Of a stretch of DNA of 26,512 nucleotides, positions 16,463-24,245 are shown one piece after another. Made by a program: the position numbers and the translations under genes. Source of the stretch: a virus (taxonomy: Duplodnaviria; Heunggongvirae; Uroviricota; Caudoviricetes); the IMG/VR virus record IMGVR_UViG_2698536335_000001, positions 1 to 26,512 of that record. The stretch is one strand, 5' to 3'. The number at the start of each line of letters is the position of its first letter. Within the stretch, counting starts at the first letter, position 1. The notes below the pieces were generated by a model. The model ran no database searches, was not told the origin of the DNA, and saw only the letters and a list, made by a program, of their open reading frames with translations.

Positions 16463-17455
16463 TTACACCACGCGGGCTTCTGTTTCCAGAAGCGCATCAG
16501 TTTCACGGATTGGTACACCACGGAATGACGTCCACCACTCGCCTTCAGTCTCTTTTACGCTAATCGCCAGAGATGTTTTCTCCAGAGACTGCAAATCAAG
16601 AGCCTGGCCTACAGTGCGGTTCATGTAGAACACCGGGCGACCCATGCCACGGTTTGGAATGCGATGCAGTGCTTTAACCATCAACTTCGCAATATTTGCG
16701 GCAGAGGAAGGTTCTGAAAGATTGCTGACATCGATGTTTGCAATGCGAACAACATAACGCCAGTCACGCAGAGCAAGTCCGTTATCCCATTTGTAATGGG
16801 TGCGATAGCCTTCGTACTTGCCGCCATTAGCATCTTCCAGTGTCACCTGGCCTTTATCTTCCATCTGGATGCCAGCCTTCTGCCCTTTCGGGAAGATGCC
16901 ATGCACGGTGTTTTCGCCCCACACCACTAACCAGATTGAGGTGTTATCTGTACCCGTGCCACCAGCATCAATGATGTTCTGAGCATTACCCGCAGACAGG
17001 CTGGAATAGCGGGAGGACAGTCCCATAAACTGCTGAGGGTTAACGCTGGAATCACCATAAAACAGCGTCTGCGCCATCTGCTGATTCATCGCTTCAATAA
17101 ATGCGCGGTCTTCAGACAGGCGGAATTCGGCGGTATTGCCGTTCAGATCAGCCAGTGACTTATCGACTTCAGCATAGGTTTCCAACATGCCAACGGAATC
17201 GGTGACCTGCACTGTGGTTGATTTGCTTGGTTGTACGCCATAGTTCAACAAACGCCAGGTAGCTGAAGGTAAACCAGAACGAATGGTGGTTCGGTGTCCG
17301 GTAGGAAGGTTCCCTTCGACAAAAGGCATATCCTGAAGGATCGGGTTAGTTTGACCGAGAAGCTCGATAATCTTATCGACTTTCCCGTTTGGATCGACGC
17401 GCTTACCCCAGTCAGCCAGCGTTAGCGCAGTTAAGCCTTTAACAGTCATTGTCAT
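16463..17455 (-). CDS. major capsid protein, 330 aa
   Basis: Follows the scaffold gene in the canonical portal-scaffold-capsid order; size typical of HK97-fold capsid proteins; real start may be the second ATG at 17449. Confidence 0.8.
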   Translation of the reverse strand: MTMTVKGLTALTLADWGKRVDPNGKVDKIIELLGQTNPILQDMPFVEGNLPTGHRTTIRSGLPSATWRLLNYGVQPSKSTTVQVTDSVGMLETYAEVDKSLADLNGNTAEFRLSEDRAFIEAMNQQMAQTLFYGDSSVNPQQFMGLSSRYSSLSAGNAQNIIDAGGTGTDNTSIWLVVWGENTVHGIFPKGQKAGIQMEDKGQVTLEDANGGKYEGYRTHYKWDNGLALRDWRYVVRIANIDVSNLSEPSSAANIAKLMVKALHRIPNRGMGRPVFYMNRTVGQALDLQSLEKTSLAISVKETEGEWWTSFRGVPIRETDALLETEARVV

Positions 17456-17463
17456 TTCCTCTC

Positions 17464-18159
17464 TTATTTGCCATAGAGCACTTCGGCCGCACTACGCTGG
17501 CCTTCATTACCACCGGTGACCATGCCATCTTCAGACATCGCCTTTCCGATTTTCACGAACGTTTTGACCAGATCAGGGTGATTACCCAGCCCGGTGGTGT
17601 TCAGATATTCTTTGAGTTCAGGTGTCCCGAACTGGTCAAGCGCACGCTGTGCGGCGCTAAGGTTAGAAATCAACTTGTCGCCACCGATTTCTTTGTCAGC
17701 TTTTACATCCGCAGCCCACTGCTCGGTTGTTTTCTGCCAGGCTTCTGCCTGGCGCTGCTGAACACCTGCCAGAATCTTCGGATAAGCATCAACCAGCTTT
17801 TGCGCTTGCTCGTTGGTCAGGTTAAGTTCTCGCGCCACCGGCTCGAATTCCTTCAACGCTTCTGTATCCAGCTCTACGCCTTCGGCAGCCTGAAACTCGT
17901 ACTTCTCAGGCGCACCCTCTGGTTTATCGCCGCCCTTTTTTTCATCCTGCTTATCGTTTTCAGGCTTTTTGTCATCAGCAGGTTTATCGACATCAGCAAC
18001 AGGTTGTGGCTTATCGCCTTCCTGTTGTGATGGATCACCAACTGGAGCAGGGTTATCACCTGCAGGCGCTGACGGTTCTGACGCAGCCGGAGCTGCTCCA
18101 CCATCGACTGGTTGCTCATTGCAAAGACGGCTATACAGCAAACGCTCAAATAAATTCAT
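17464..18159 (-). CDS. scaffolding protein, ~231 aa
   Basis: Highly acidic, Pro/Ala/Glu/Lys-rich and alpha-helical; between portal and capsid genes; ATG at 18159 with AGGAG RBS (track start 18165 is GTG). Confidence 0.7.
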   Translation of the reverse strand: MNLFERLLYSRLCNEQPVDGGAAPAASEPSAPAGDNPAPVGDPSQQEGDKPQPVADVDKPADDKKPENDKQDEKKGGDKPEGAPEKYEFQAAEGVELDTEALKEFEPVARELNLTNEQAQKLVDAYPKILAGVQQRQAEAWQKTTEQWAADVKADKEIGGDKLISNLSAAQRALDQFGTPELKEYLNTTGLGNHPDLVKTFVKIGKAMSEDGMVTGGNEGQRSAAEVLYGK

Positions 18160-18161
18160 GA

Positions 18162-18458
18162 TCACTCCTGTTCACTGGCCTCTTTGGCCATCTTCAAATA
18201 CTGTTCAGGGCAATGCGCCATAACGCGCTGAAACAGTTCCAGCGCCAGATTGCGTTGCCCCTCATTAAATGCCATTGCCATAGCGTCCATCGGTGAGATA
18301 GCGGAAAACACACGGCCTTTCTCCAGCACCGACCAGACAACGCGACGCCCCTGTTCACTGCTCATGACAAAGCGAATGTCATCAATTTCACGCTGTGCCA
18401 TGTCACGTTGCTTACGGGCGTTTTCTTCTTTCAGTTGATCGTCTTCGTAATCTGTCAT
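18162..18458 (-). CDS. hypothetical head-morphogenesis protein, 98 aa
   Basis: Start overlaps the portal stop by 4 nt; charged helical protein. Confidence 0.55.
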   Translation of the reverse strand: MTDYEDDQLKEENARKQRDMAQREIDDIRFVMSSEQGRRVVWSVLEKGRVFSAISPMDAMAMAFNEGQRNLALELFQRVMAHCPEQYLKMAKEASEQE

Positions 18459-20134
18459 TGTGATTGCCCACCCTGACCACTAACTGCATTCGCCATAGCT
18501 GACAACACACTCGGATCCGAAGTTTTAGCTTCGCTTAGCGTCTTGGCCCCCTGTGCCGCCGCCATCCCCATCGCCATCATTTGTTGCTGCTGTTGTTGCT
18601 GTGCCCGTTGCTGGCGAGCCTGCTCAACCTGTTCCTGCGGAACAATGACGGTTGGAGACACTCCGGACATATCAGCGAATGCATCGATCGCCTGATCAAC
18701 GTTGAGTTTGTCGAGAGCTTCTGGTTTCGCTTGCGCAAGTTGACCAATGAAGTTAACCGTGGACGCCAGACTGGACAGGCCGATAGACTTCTGCGCCTGA
18801 GCCATGACGGAAATGTATTCGACCTTCAGGGGCATGCCTTCCATCGCGTCAGGCGGTGGCGGCAGCATGTTTTTACGCACCATCATCGAGAAAGCGCGGT
18901 CAATGAGAGGATTAAGACATTCGTCGTTCAGACGCTCCAGAACCGGCCCCAACATCAGAAGTTTTTCTTCTTTCATTTCGATCACCGCTTCAACAGGCAT
19001 CGAGCGGGTATTGATGTTCTGCAACATCATGAACAGATCGACAAAGTAGGCGCTGTTAATGATTTGACGAGTGTCCTGAATGTCTGCCACCAAATCTGCT
19101 GTACTGGGGTTAACCAGATAAGCAGGCCTGAAGCCATCCTGACCAGTAATCTGATCGATATACGTGATGTCGCCAGGAAGAAGGGAGGCGCGCTGATTCT
19201 TGAGGGAAGTCGGAGCAACCATCGGCGGATTGGTGGCTTTATCAATCAACTGCGACTTGCGCTTCTGGAGAAGCTGCAATGCCTTAACAGGTCCAAGCGC
19301 CAGCATACCCGGGCATGATGATCCATAAACATCTTCGCCGTTAACTTCCCAGCGCGGAGCCATAATTGGAAACTCATCGAATCCGGACTCACGCAACAAC
19401 TTGTCGTTATCGCCACCAACCTCGTAATAAACCGATTTGAATGGCTTGTTCTTGCTATCCAGCTTCGATGTGTCGCGGTCAATATTCGGGTAAACCGAAT
19501 GCATCACTTCAATCCACTTCTCGTAGGTGCCGCTTTCCCACATGCTTTTTACGGATTCGCTGACGTTATTTAGCCCGAACTCCTGAACAAGCTGACGAAC
19601 AGTCATAGAGAACTTGCGAAAACAGGTGTCCACACTGCCACGAGGTGAGTTAGCCAGGTAGTAACTACCAATCGGGAATGGCATTGTGCGAATGATGTCC
19701 TCGTCATCCTCCAGTACCGCCATTGCACCGGTGCTGTATGTGCCGAGGCTTCCGTATAACTGCGGAAGAGACTGGTAGAGATTCGACTTATTGAACATAT
19801 CGTTCATGCGGTTCTGCACCGCCTCAAGCCACAACTTAACAGGGCCATAATCCATCATTTCAGGATCTGGCGTAGCCAGGCGAAACCACGGACGGGCGGG
19901 GCTTGTGATGCCTGACATCATGCCGCTGGCGAGAGTGCGCGCCGCCATAGTCCCGGTCGAATCAATAATGCGTGTATTGCGTCGATCGTTACGGTTGACC
20001 TCAGAAGTCAGAAAGCGGGAACCACGCGGGTTGATGTAATCACTCAACTCGCGCCAGTGCGGCTCGAACGACTGACGCTCGCTTTCAAGTTGTGCGAACT
20101 GTTTGTTCAATCGCTCTTTAGTTGTTTCCGCCAT
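18455..20134 (-). CDS. portal (head-to-tail connector) protein, 559 aa
   Basis: Size and position between terminase and scaffold; GGAG RBS. Confidence 0.8.
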   Translation of the reverse strand: MAETTKERLNKQFAQLESERQSFEPHWRELSDYINPRGSRFLTSEVNRNDRRNTRIIDSTGTMAARTLASGMMSGITSPARPWFRLATPDPEMMDYGPVKLWLEAVQNRMNDMFNKSNLYQSLPQLYGSLGTYSTGAMAVLEDDEDIIRTMPFPIGSYYLANSPRGSVDTCFRKFSMTVRQLVQEFGLNNVSESVKSMWESGTYEKWIEVMHSVYPNIDRDTSKLDSKNKPFKSVYYEVGGDNDKLLRESGFDEFPIMAPRWEVNGEDVYGSSCPGMLALGPVKALQLLQKRKSQLIDKATNPPMVAPTSLKNQRASLLPGDITYIDQITGQDGFRPAYLVNPSTADLVADIQDTRQIINSAYFVDLFMMLQNINTRSMPVEAVIEMKEEKLLMLGPVLERLNDECLNPLIDRAFSMMVRKNMLPPPPDAMEGMPLKVEYISVMAQAQKSIGLSSLASTVNFIGQLAQAKPEALDKLNVDQAIDAFADMSGVSPTVIVPQEQVEQARQQRAQQQQQQQMMAMGMAAAQGAKTLSEAKTSDPSVLSAMANAVSGQGGQSQ

Positions 20135-20148
20135 TTCAATGACTCCGG

Positions 20149-20355
20149 TTACTGACCAAGCAGCGTTTTACCGCTGGTATTAGCGGTTGATGTGTCGCCC
20201 TGAGAACCGGTAAGCAGCGTAGAACTACGACCAGCAGCAGCGCGACGGCGACGTGTTTCTTCGTCGCGGGCATCAACAACGGCGGCATCCTGCTCCTGTG
20301 GTGCTGCCTGAACTTCTGGTGTTGCAGGCACTGATGGTGAGCTACCCATGCACAT
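20149..20355 (-). CDS. small Ser/Thr/Ala-rich hypothetical protein, 68 aa
   Basis: Shares an almost identical 16-nt translation-initiation sequence with the portal gene; chosen over the overlapping alternative frame 20136-20375. Confidence 0.4.
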   Translation of the reverse strand: MCMGSSPSVPATPEVQAAPQEQDAAVVDARDEETRRRRAAAGRSSTLLTGSQGDTSTANTSGKTLLGQ

Positions 20356-20423
20356 ATCAATGACTCCGTACGCAATTAAATTATTACCAATTTAACCACA
20401 TATGATTTATTTATCGTAGATAG

Positions 20424-20461
20424 TTGACATTTAACGCACAAATTATTACCTTTCAGGTAAC
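20424..20461 (+). promoter_or_regulatory. candidate promoter (TTGACA at 20424-20429, 17-bp spacer, TACCTT) overlapped by the 17-bp motif at 20444-20460
   Basis: Perfect -35 hexamer read directly; the -10 is weak; the 17-mer TATTACCTTTCAGGTAA is identical to the copy at 3828-3844. Confidence 0.3.
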
Positions 20462-20782
20462 CAAAGAGTTCATTCCGGTTACTAACCTGACTGGCTTGTC
20501 GTTAAATTGAACAGGTGGAGTGAGCTTTTATTTTGAGCAGTACGGCGTATGGCACATGCGCCGATAGCGGTCTGGATACGTTTAAGGGGCACCCTCCCTT
20601 GCTCGGGCAAACGAACCAGGTAGCCGGAATGTGCAAGTCGAGCGGTTTTATTCCGCGCACGGGGATTCACCATCCCGGCGATTCGGTGTGACGCCTCGGA
20701 AGAGACGAGGGTACAACGATGAGAGCATTTATGGAGCCGCGACAAAGTGTGGCGCCTTAACAGGCTAAGTGCTCTCAGCGTT

Positions 20783-20859
20783 GTGGCATTAGCTCAGTTG
20801 GACAGAGCAACCGCCTTCTAAGCGGTTGGTCGCAGGTTCGAATCCTGCATGCCACGCCA
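20783..20859 (+). tRNA. tRNA-Arg, anticodon TCT (reads AGA), 77 nt with encoded CCA
   Basis: Hand-folded cloverleaf: acceptor GTGGCAT/ATGCCAC, D arm GCTC/GAGC, anticodon stem ACCGC/GCGGT with loop CTTCTAA, T arm GCAGG-TTCGAAT-CCTGC; similar to but distinct from E. coli argU as I recall it. Confidence 0.9.
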
Positions 20860-20902
20860 GAATCACGCCTAAGGACCGTGATGCCAGAAGTTCCAGGGGC
20901 TT

Positions 20903-20945
20903 GGCGGTGATGGTTTCCCTTGAAGGACTATCACCGCCCTTTTTA
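20903..20945 (+). terminator. hairpin plus T-run downstream of the tRNA
   Basis: 9-bp stem ggcggtgat (20903-20911) / atcaccgcc (20930-20938) followed by CTTTTT. Confidence 0.5.
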
Positions 20946-21022
20946 CAGCAGGACGCCATTGCGATGACTTCATGCTGTAAACCAGTACAGCCACGGAAGG
21001 CATAACTCATTGCTTCCAGTTC

Positions 21023-21046
21023 GCCCGGTTCGCCGGGCATTTTTTT
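21023..21046 (+). terminator. GC-rich hairpin with seven T residues, abutting the RBS of the gene at 21063
   Basis: gcccgg-ttcg-ccgggc (21023-21038), A, then TTTTTTT (21040-21046); AAGGTGA RBS follows at 21047-21053. Confidence 0.6.
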
Positions 21047-21062
21047 AAGGTGAGATTAGACT

Positions 21063-21434
21063 ATGAGTGACAAAGACATTGAATCTGAAATTCAGGCTAA
21101 AGGTTTAGCCGCGCCGCGCGTTACGCCAGACCATATCGAGAGCATTATTGCTCAGGAGGCATATTTCACAGCAGAAGATGGTTCCTTTGGCGTAGCCATA
21201 AAAGCGAAACATACTGGCGGAGAGGTAAACTACCAGCCGCACGAATCACTTTCTCTGCTGACGTTCTGCGTCCTGGTGCTGCGCAACGGCTTCACCGTCA
21301 CCGGAGAGAGCGCCTGTGCAAGCCCGGAAAACTTTGATGCAGAAATTGGTCGGAAGATTGCCCGACAGAATGCTGTAAACAAAATCTGGATGCTTGAAGG
21401 TTACTTGCTGAAGCAGAAGTTAAGCGAGCAATAA
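21063..21434 (+). CDS. moron-encoded hypothetical protein, 123 aa; possibly N4 gp49 / Sf6 gene 66 family
   Basis: Strong RBS; segment LRNGFTVTGESACASPENFDAEIGRKIARQNA resembles the conserved core of that family as I recall it; opposite strand to the virion operon. Confidence 0.6.
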   Translation: MSDKDIESEIQAKGLAAPRVTPDHIESIIAQEAYFTAEDGSFGVAIKAKHTGGEVNYQPHESLSLLTFCVLVLRNGFTVTGESACASPENFDAEIGRKIARQNAVNKIWMLEGYLLKQKLSEQ

Positions 21435-21454
21435 CACCGTGACATATCACAAAC

Positions 21455-21481
21455 AGCCAGCCTATGAGCTGGCTTTGTTTT
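21455..21481 (+). terminator. hairpin plus T-rich tail after the moron gene
   Basis: agccagc-ctatga-gctggct (21455-21474) followed by TTGTTTT. Confidence 0.5.
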
Positions 21482-21524
21482 ATCCTCATCAGAGGATATC
21501 AACAACATTATCCCCTCAAGCGGA

Positions 21525-23000
21525 TTAAGCATAGGGATCGTAATCTGTGATGGCCTTGCCTTGCTGGTTCTGCTGCCCGGGAATTCGCAGACGCTTAGAC
21601 ACAGGGAACGCAAACGTCAGCAGTAGCGCATCGCCTTTACCCGGAGAACGCCCAAGCCGCTCTTTGATATCTTCCTTCGGTTCGATAACGATTTTACCGT
21701 CCACTCGAACTTTGTACTCTGCCGCCGACAGGTCGTCCGCTGTTTCCTGGTCATCCAGCATGCCGCCCAGCCTCAGCCATGTCTTACATGAGTTGAACAT
21801 CTCCCCACGCTTGTTAAGCATCTGCGGGTCAGTGGACGCACCGCCGAACGGAACAAGTTGCCATGTACGTCCCCAGCCATCACCGATTGACTTCAAACCG
21901 GTTCCGTAACCGAAGTCGATGAACACCGCGTCAGCCTGGTACTGGTCTTCAAAGTCAGCGATACGCTTCGCCATAATCAGATCGTCGGTGGTCTTGTTGC
22001 CGGTCCACAGCACCTTACTGTGCAGCCCCTGCCGCAGGTATATCACCGCGTCATCAACACCGGAGTATGCAGGGTCAACGCCGATTATCACCGGAGCATG
22101 TGCCACCTGCGCAGCAGTTACCACCCGTTTCATTGCCTCGTCAGTAAGACCGGTAGGGATAAACTGCAATTCAGATGCATCAGGGAATATGCCGCGCACA
22201 CGGATTTTAACGAAGTCGCTGTCTTCCCCGTAGTCATCAACCCATTTCTGCAACTGCTGTTTGTTAGTGCCTTCCACCGTCCGGCTGTCAATCTGCGCAG
22301 TTTTCCAGCGGTGTTTATACTTGCGGAAACATTCACGGAATCGCCCGGTATTACGCGTAGGGTTTCCGAACGCCACCCAAATAATCTCAGTGTCTTCGTC
22401 CGTAAGCGCACCCTCGGCAACTTCCCACACCAGATCCGCAATGTTCGACGCTTCATCAAACACCACGATGATGCGTTTGCGCTCGTTGTGTAGTCCGGCG
22501 AATGCCTCAGTGTTGTGCTCAGACCAGGGGATTGCGTCAGCCCGCCACCGCTTGTCGTGCCCAGGATCATTGCTGTACATCGCGGTAGCGGTACAGGTAA
22601 ACCAGTCTTTCGTGATAGCAAGGTTCGACCACTTGATAATTTCCGGCCAAGTCTTCGTTCGTAGCTGGTTGTCGGTGTTGGCGGTCACCACGACCTTACA
22701 ATCCTCGCAAGTGGACATGCCCCAGTTGATCAGCATTGAGATGAATGCGGATTTACCAATACCGTGACCAGAAGCACGTGCCAGCATAAGCGGCTGATAT
22801 CGCGTCTCTGGATTCTGCAGGTGATCACGTATCTCTCGGAACGCATCGGCCTGCCACTGACGTGGACCGGTGGCATGTGCCAGTTCAGTACCCTCTTCCC
22901 CCCACGGGAACGCATAGAGGGCATAGCCAAGCGGATCGTGAGTGAACCCTGCAATATCCTCGATTAACTGCTCTTCAGGAGATAACACTGTATCTGTCAC
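21525..23000 (-). CDS. terminase large subunit, 491 aa
   Basis: Walker A-like ASGHGIGKS and Walker B-like IIVVFDEAS in the N-terminal ATPase region, acidic nuclease-like C-terminal half; start overlaps the small-subunit stop. Confidence 0.85.
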   Translation of the reverse strand: MTDTVLSPEEQLIEDIAGFTHDPLGYALYAFPWGEEGTELAHATGPRQWQADAFREIRDHLQNPETRYQPLMLARASGHGIGKSAFISMLINWGMSTCEDCKVVVTANTDNQLRTKTWPEIIKWSNLAITKDWFTCTATAMYSNDPGHDKRWRADAIPWSEHNTEAFAGLHNERKRIIVVFDEASNIADLVWEVAEGALTDEDTEIIWVAFGNPTRNTGRFRECFRKYKHRWKTAQIDSRTVEGTNKQQLQKWVDDYGEDSDFVKIRVRGIFPDASELQFIPTGLTDEAMKRVVTAAQVAHAPVIIGVDPAYSGVDDAVIYLRQGLHSKVLWTGNKTTDDLIMAKRIADFEDQYQADAVFIDFGYGTGLKSIGDGWGRTWQLVPFGGASTDPQMLNKRGEMFNSCKTWLRLGGMLDDQETADDLSAAEYKVRVDGKIVIEPKEDIKERLGRSPGKGDALLLTFAFPVSKRLRIPGQQNQQGKAITDYDPYA

Positions 23001-23593
23001 TGATTACCATCCTGACGTTCTTTGAGTCGCTTCCTGGCTGCTGCTATGCGATCAGCAATTGTCACATTCACATTAACATCCAGGCGTTCTTTGAATGCGT
23101 TGACGTCGACGTGCTTACCAATCAGTTCGAGGTTCTTCACCTTGTCAGGCCATTTAATTTTTTTGAGGATTGTCTCTATCGAATCCTCGTTCATGTTCAT
23201 GATGGTCGATGACAGATCAAAGCCGCTAAGCGTAGTGCGCCAGATTTTCGGCCACTCGCGGATTGGCTTAAGGCTCCCATCGTCGTTGAGGATGTCGATC
23301 ACGTCCATCTGGTCGATCTCCACCAGGCGCATGAGAACGTAATCAGCACTGACGCGCATTCGTTTGTTGCGCTCCTCCATCAACTCGGCAATCCGTTTTT
23401 GAATGCGTTCATCGCGCATCATGACACTGGCTTTAACTGCCGCTGTATTTGGGGAGAATCCTGCATTAATCGCTGCCTGAGTCTGGTTTTCAGGCGTTTT
23501 GATGTATGACTGGCAATAAGCCTCCTGCATTGCTGTTAGTGGCTTAAATTGCGTTGATTTGCGTTTATAGGTTTTAGGTTCAGCAGGCATCAT
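22997..23593 (-). CDS. terminase small subunit, ~198 aa
   Basis: Immediately upstream of and overlapping the large subunit; helix-rich basic protein; ATG at 23593 (track start 23671 is a TTG extension running through a terminator and tandem repeat). Confidence 0.65.
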   Translation of the reverse strand: MMPAEPKTYKRKSTQFKPLTAMQEAYCQSYIKTPENQTQAAINAGFSPNTAAVKASVMMRDERIQKRIAELMEERNKRMRVSADYVLMRLVEIDQMDVIDILNDDGSLKPIREWPKIWRTTLSGFDLSSTIMNMNEDSIETILKKIKWPDKVKNLELIGKHVDVNAFKERLDVNVNVTIADRIAAARKRLKERQDGNQ

Positions 23594-23596
23594 AAC

Positions 23597-23632
23597 CACC
23601 GTGGTAATAGTTACCGTTGTGGTAATAGTACC
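23597..23632. repeat. tandem direct repeat, two copies of ~18 bp, core GTGGTAATAGT at 23601-23611 and 23619-23629
   Basis: Read directly: accgtggtaatagttaccgttgtggtaatagtacc, between the terminator and the terminase small-subunit start. Confidence 0.5.
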
Positions 23633-23662
23633 ATGCAAAATAAAGCCGCCATAGTTGGCGGC
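23631..23662 (-). terminator. rho-independent terminator upstream of the terminase genes
   Basis: gccgcca-tagt-tggcggc (23645-23662) followed on the minus strand by TTTATTTTG; 6 nt after the stop of gene 23668-23901. Confidence 0.6.
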
Positions 23663-23667
23663 AGTAT

Positions 23668-23901
23668 TCAAAGTCCATCAAATTCATCGTAAAAACTCTC
23701 GTCAAGATACCCTTCCCATTTACCGCGAATGAAAATTACATCCTCGCCGCAAGGGTGCTGACTGTCGATAACTATATCCCTCCTGGCGCAACCATACTTA
23801 TGCATGAGAAATTTAACCTCTTTCGGAAAATTTGCTGAATTATCTCTCATATCTTCAAGGTCGTAGCGTATTTTTGGCATAACACCTTCGTGACATGTCA
23901 C
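23668..23901 (-). CDS. hypothetical protein, 70-77 aa
   Basis: GTG at 23901 overlaps the upstream TGA (GTGA) or ATG at 23880; no recognisable motif. Confidence 0.5.
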   Translation of the reverse strand: MTCHEGVMPKIRYDLEDMRDNSANFPKEVKFLMHKYGCARRDIVIDSQHPCGEDVIFIRGKWEGYLDESFYDEFDGL

Positions 23902-24245
23902 ACTATTAATTTCGTTTCATGCCAGCCTTTAGTCACCCAGCATTGCGAGTCACCATTACACGGGCATGAATTAACGGGAACTCTCTCGCCGCACTTACCG
24001 CAAAGTTTTCTGCTGATCGATTTTATACGCCCGCGCACACGTGCATCATCCTGGCGGATCAGCAGCGCGATGTACTCGGCCATTTCATAGGGATCGCGAC
24101 CAGGGCGCCGGGCGGCGCAGTTCCGCGCCAGCATTTCCTGCTCCTGCTTATCCAGCATCAGTTCAATTTTGCGCTCACCGGCGGCGGACTGCCGAGCGCG
24201 CTGCGCGGCTTTGCGTTCTGCGGGGGATTTAGCCACGAATCGCAC
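23898..24245 (-). CDS. hypothetical protein with C-terminal Cys-rich zinc-ribbon-like motif (CGKCGERVPVNSCPCNGDSQC); start uncertain
   Basis: Basic N-terminal half, five Cys in 21 residues near the C-terminus; track start is GTG. Confidence 0.5.
   Translation of the reverse strand: MRFVAKSPAERKAAQRARQSAAGERKIELMLDKQEQEMLARNCAARRPGRDPYEMAEYIALLIRQDDARVRGRIKSISRKLCGKCGERVPVNSCPCNGDSQCWVTKGWHETKLIV

Noticed and set aside
1525-19318. Plus-strand ORFs of 60-245 aa from the track lying inside long minus-strand genes (e.g. 1525-1806, 5359-5820, 10492-10974, 14206-14895, 14715-15440, 17449-18030, 18581-19318)
   Set aside because: Each is fully antisense to a longer ORF with operon context and overlapping stop-start junctions; none has its own RBS or promoter
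20136-20375. 79-aa alternative frame upstream of the portal gene
   Set aside because: The overlapping frame 20149-20355 carries the same initiation sequence as the portal gene; this frame has no RBS
20482-20745. 87-aa minus-strand ORF in the track
   Set aside because: TTG start, no RBS before the first ATG, Arg-rich low-complexity translation; more likely a non-coding leader
20783-20859. tRNA as prophage attachment site or genome end
   Set aside because: It lies between terminase and portal genes with phage genes on both sides, is intact and has its own terminator
20789-21040. 83-aa minus-strand ORF in the track
   Set aside because: It is the antisense of the tRNA-Arg gene and its terminator; a well-folded tRNA explains the region better
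21547-22767. Plus-strand ORFs inside the terminase large-subunit gene (21547-21909, 21919-22233, 22020-22493, 22261-22767)
   Set aside because: Antisense to a gene with clear Walker A/B motifs; Ser/Arg/Cys-rich translations typical of wrong-frame reading
23594-23671. N-terminal extension of the terminase small-subunit ORF (MNTAANYGGFILHGTITTTVTITTVV)
   Set aside because: Depends on a TTG start and is translated through a terminator hairpin and a tandem repeat; the ATG at 23593 is the plausible start
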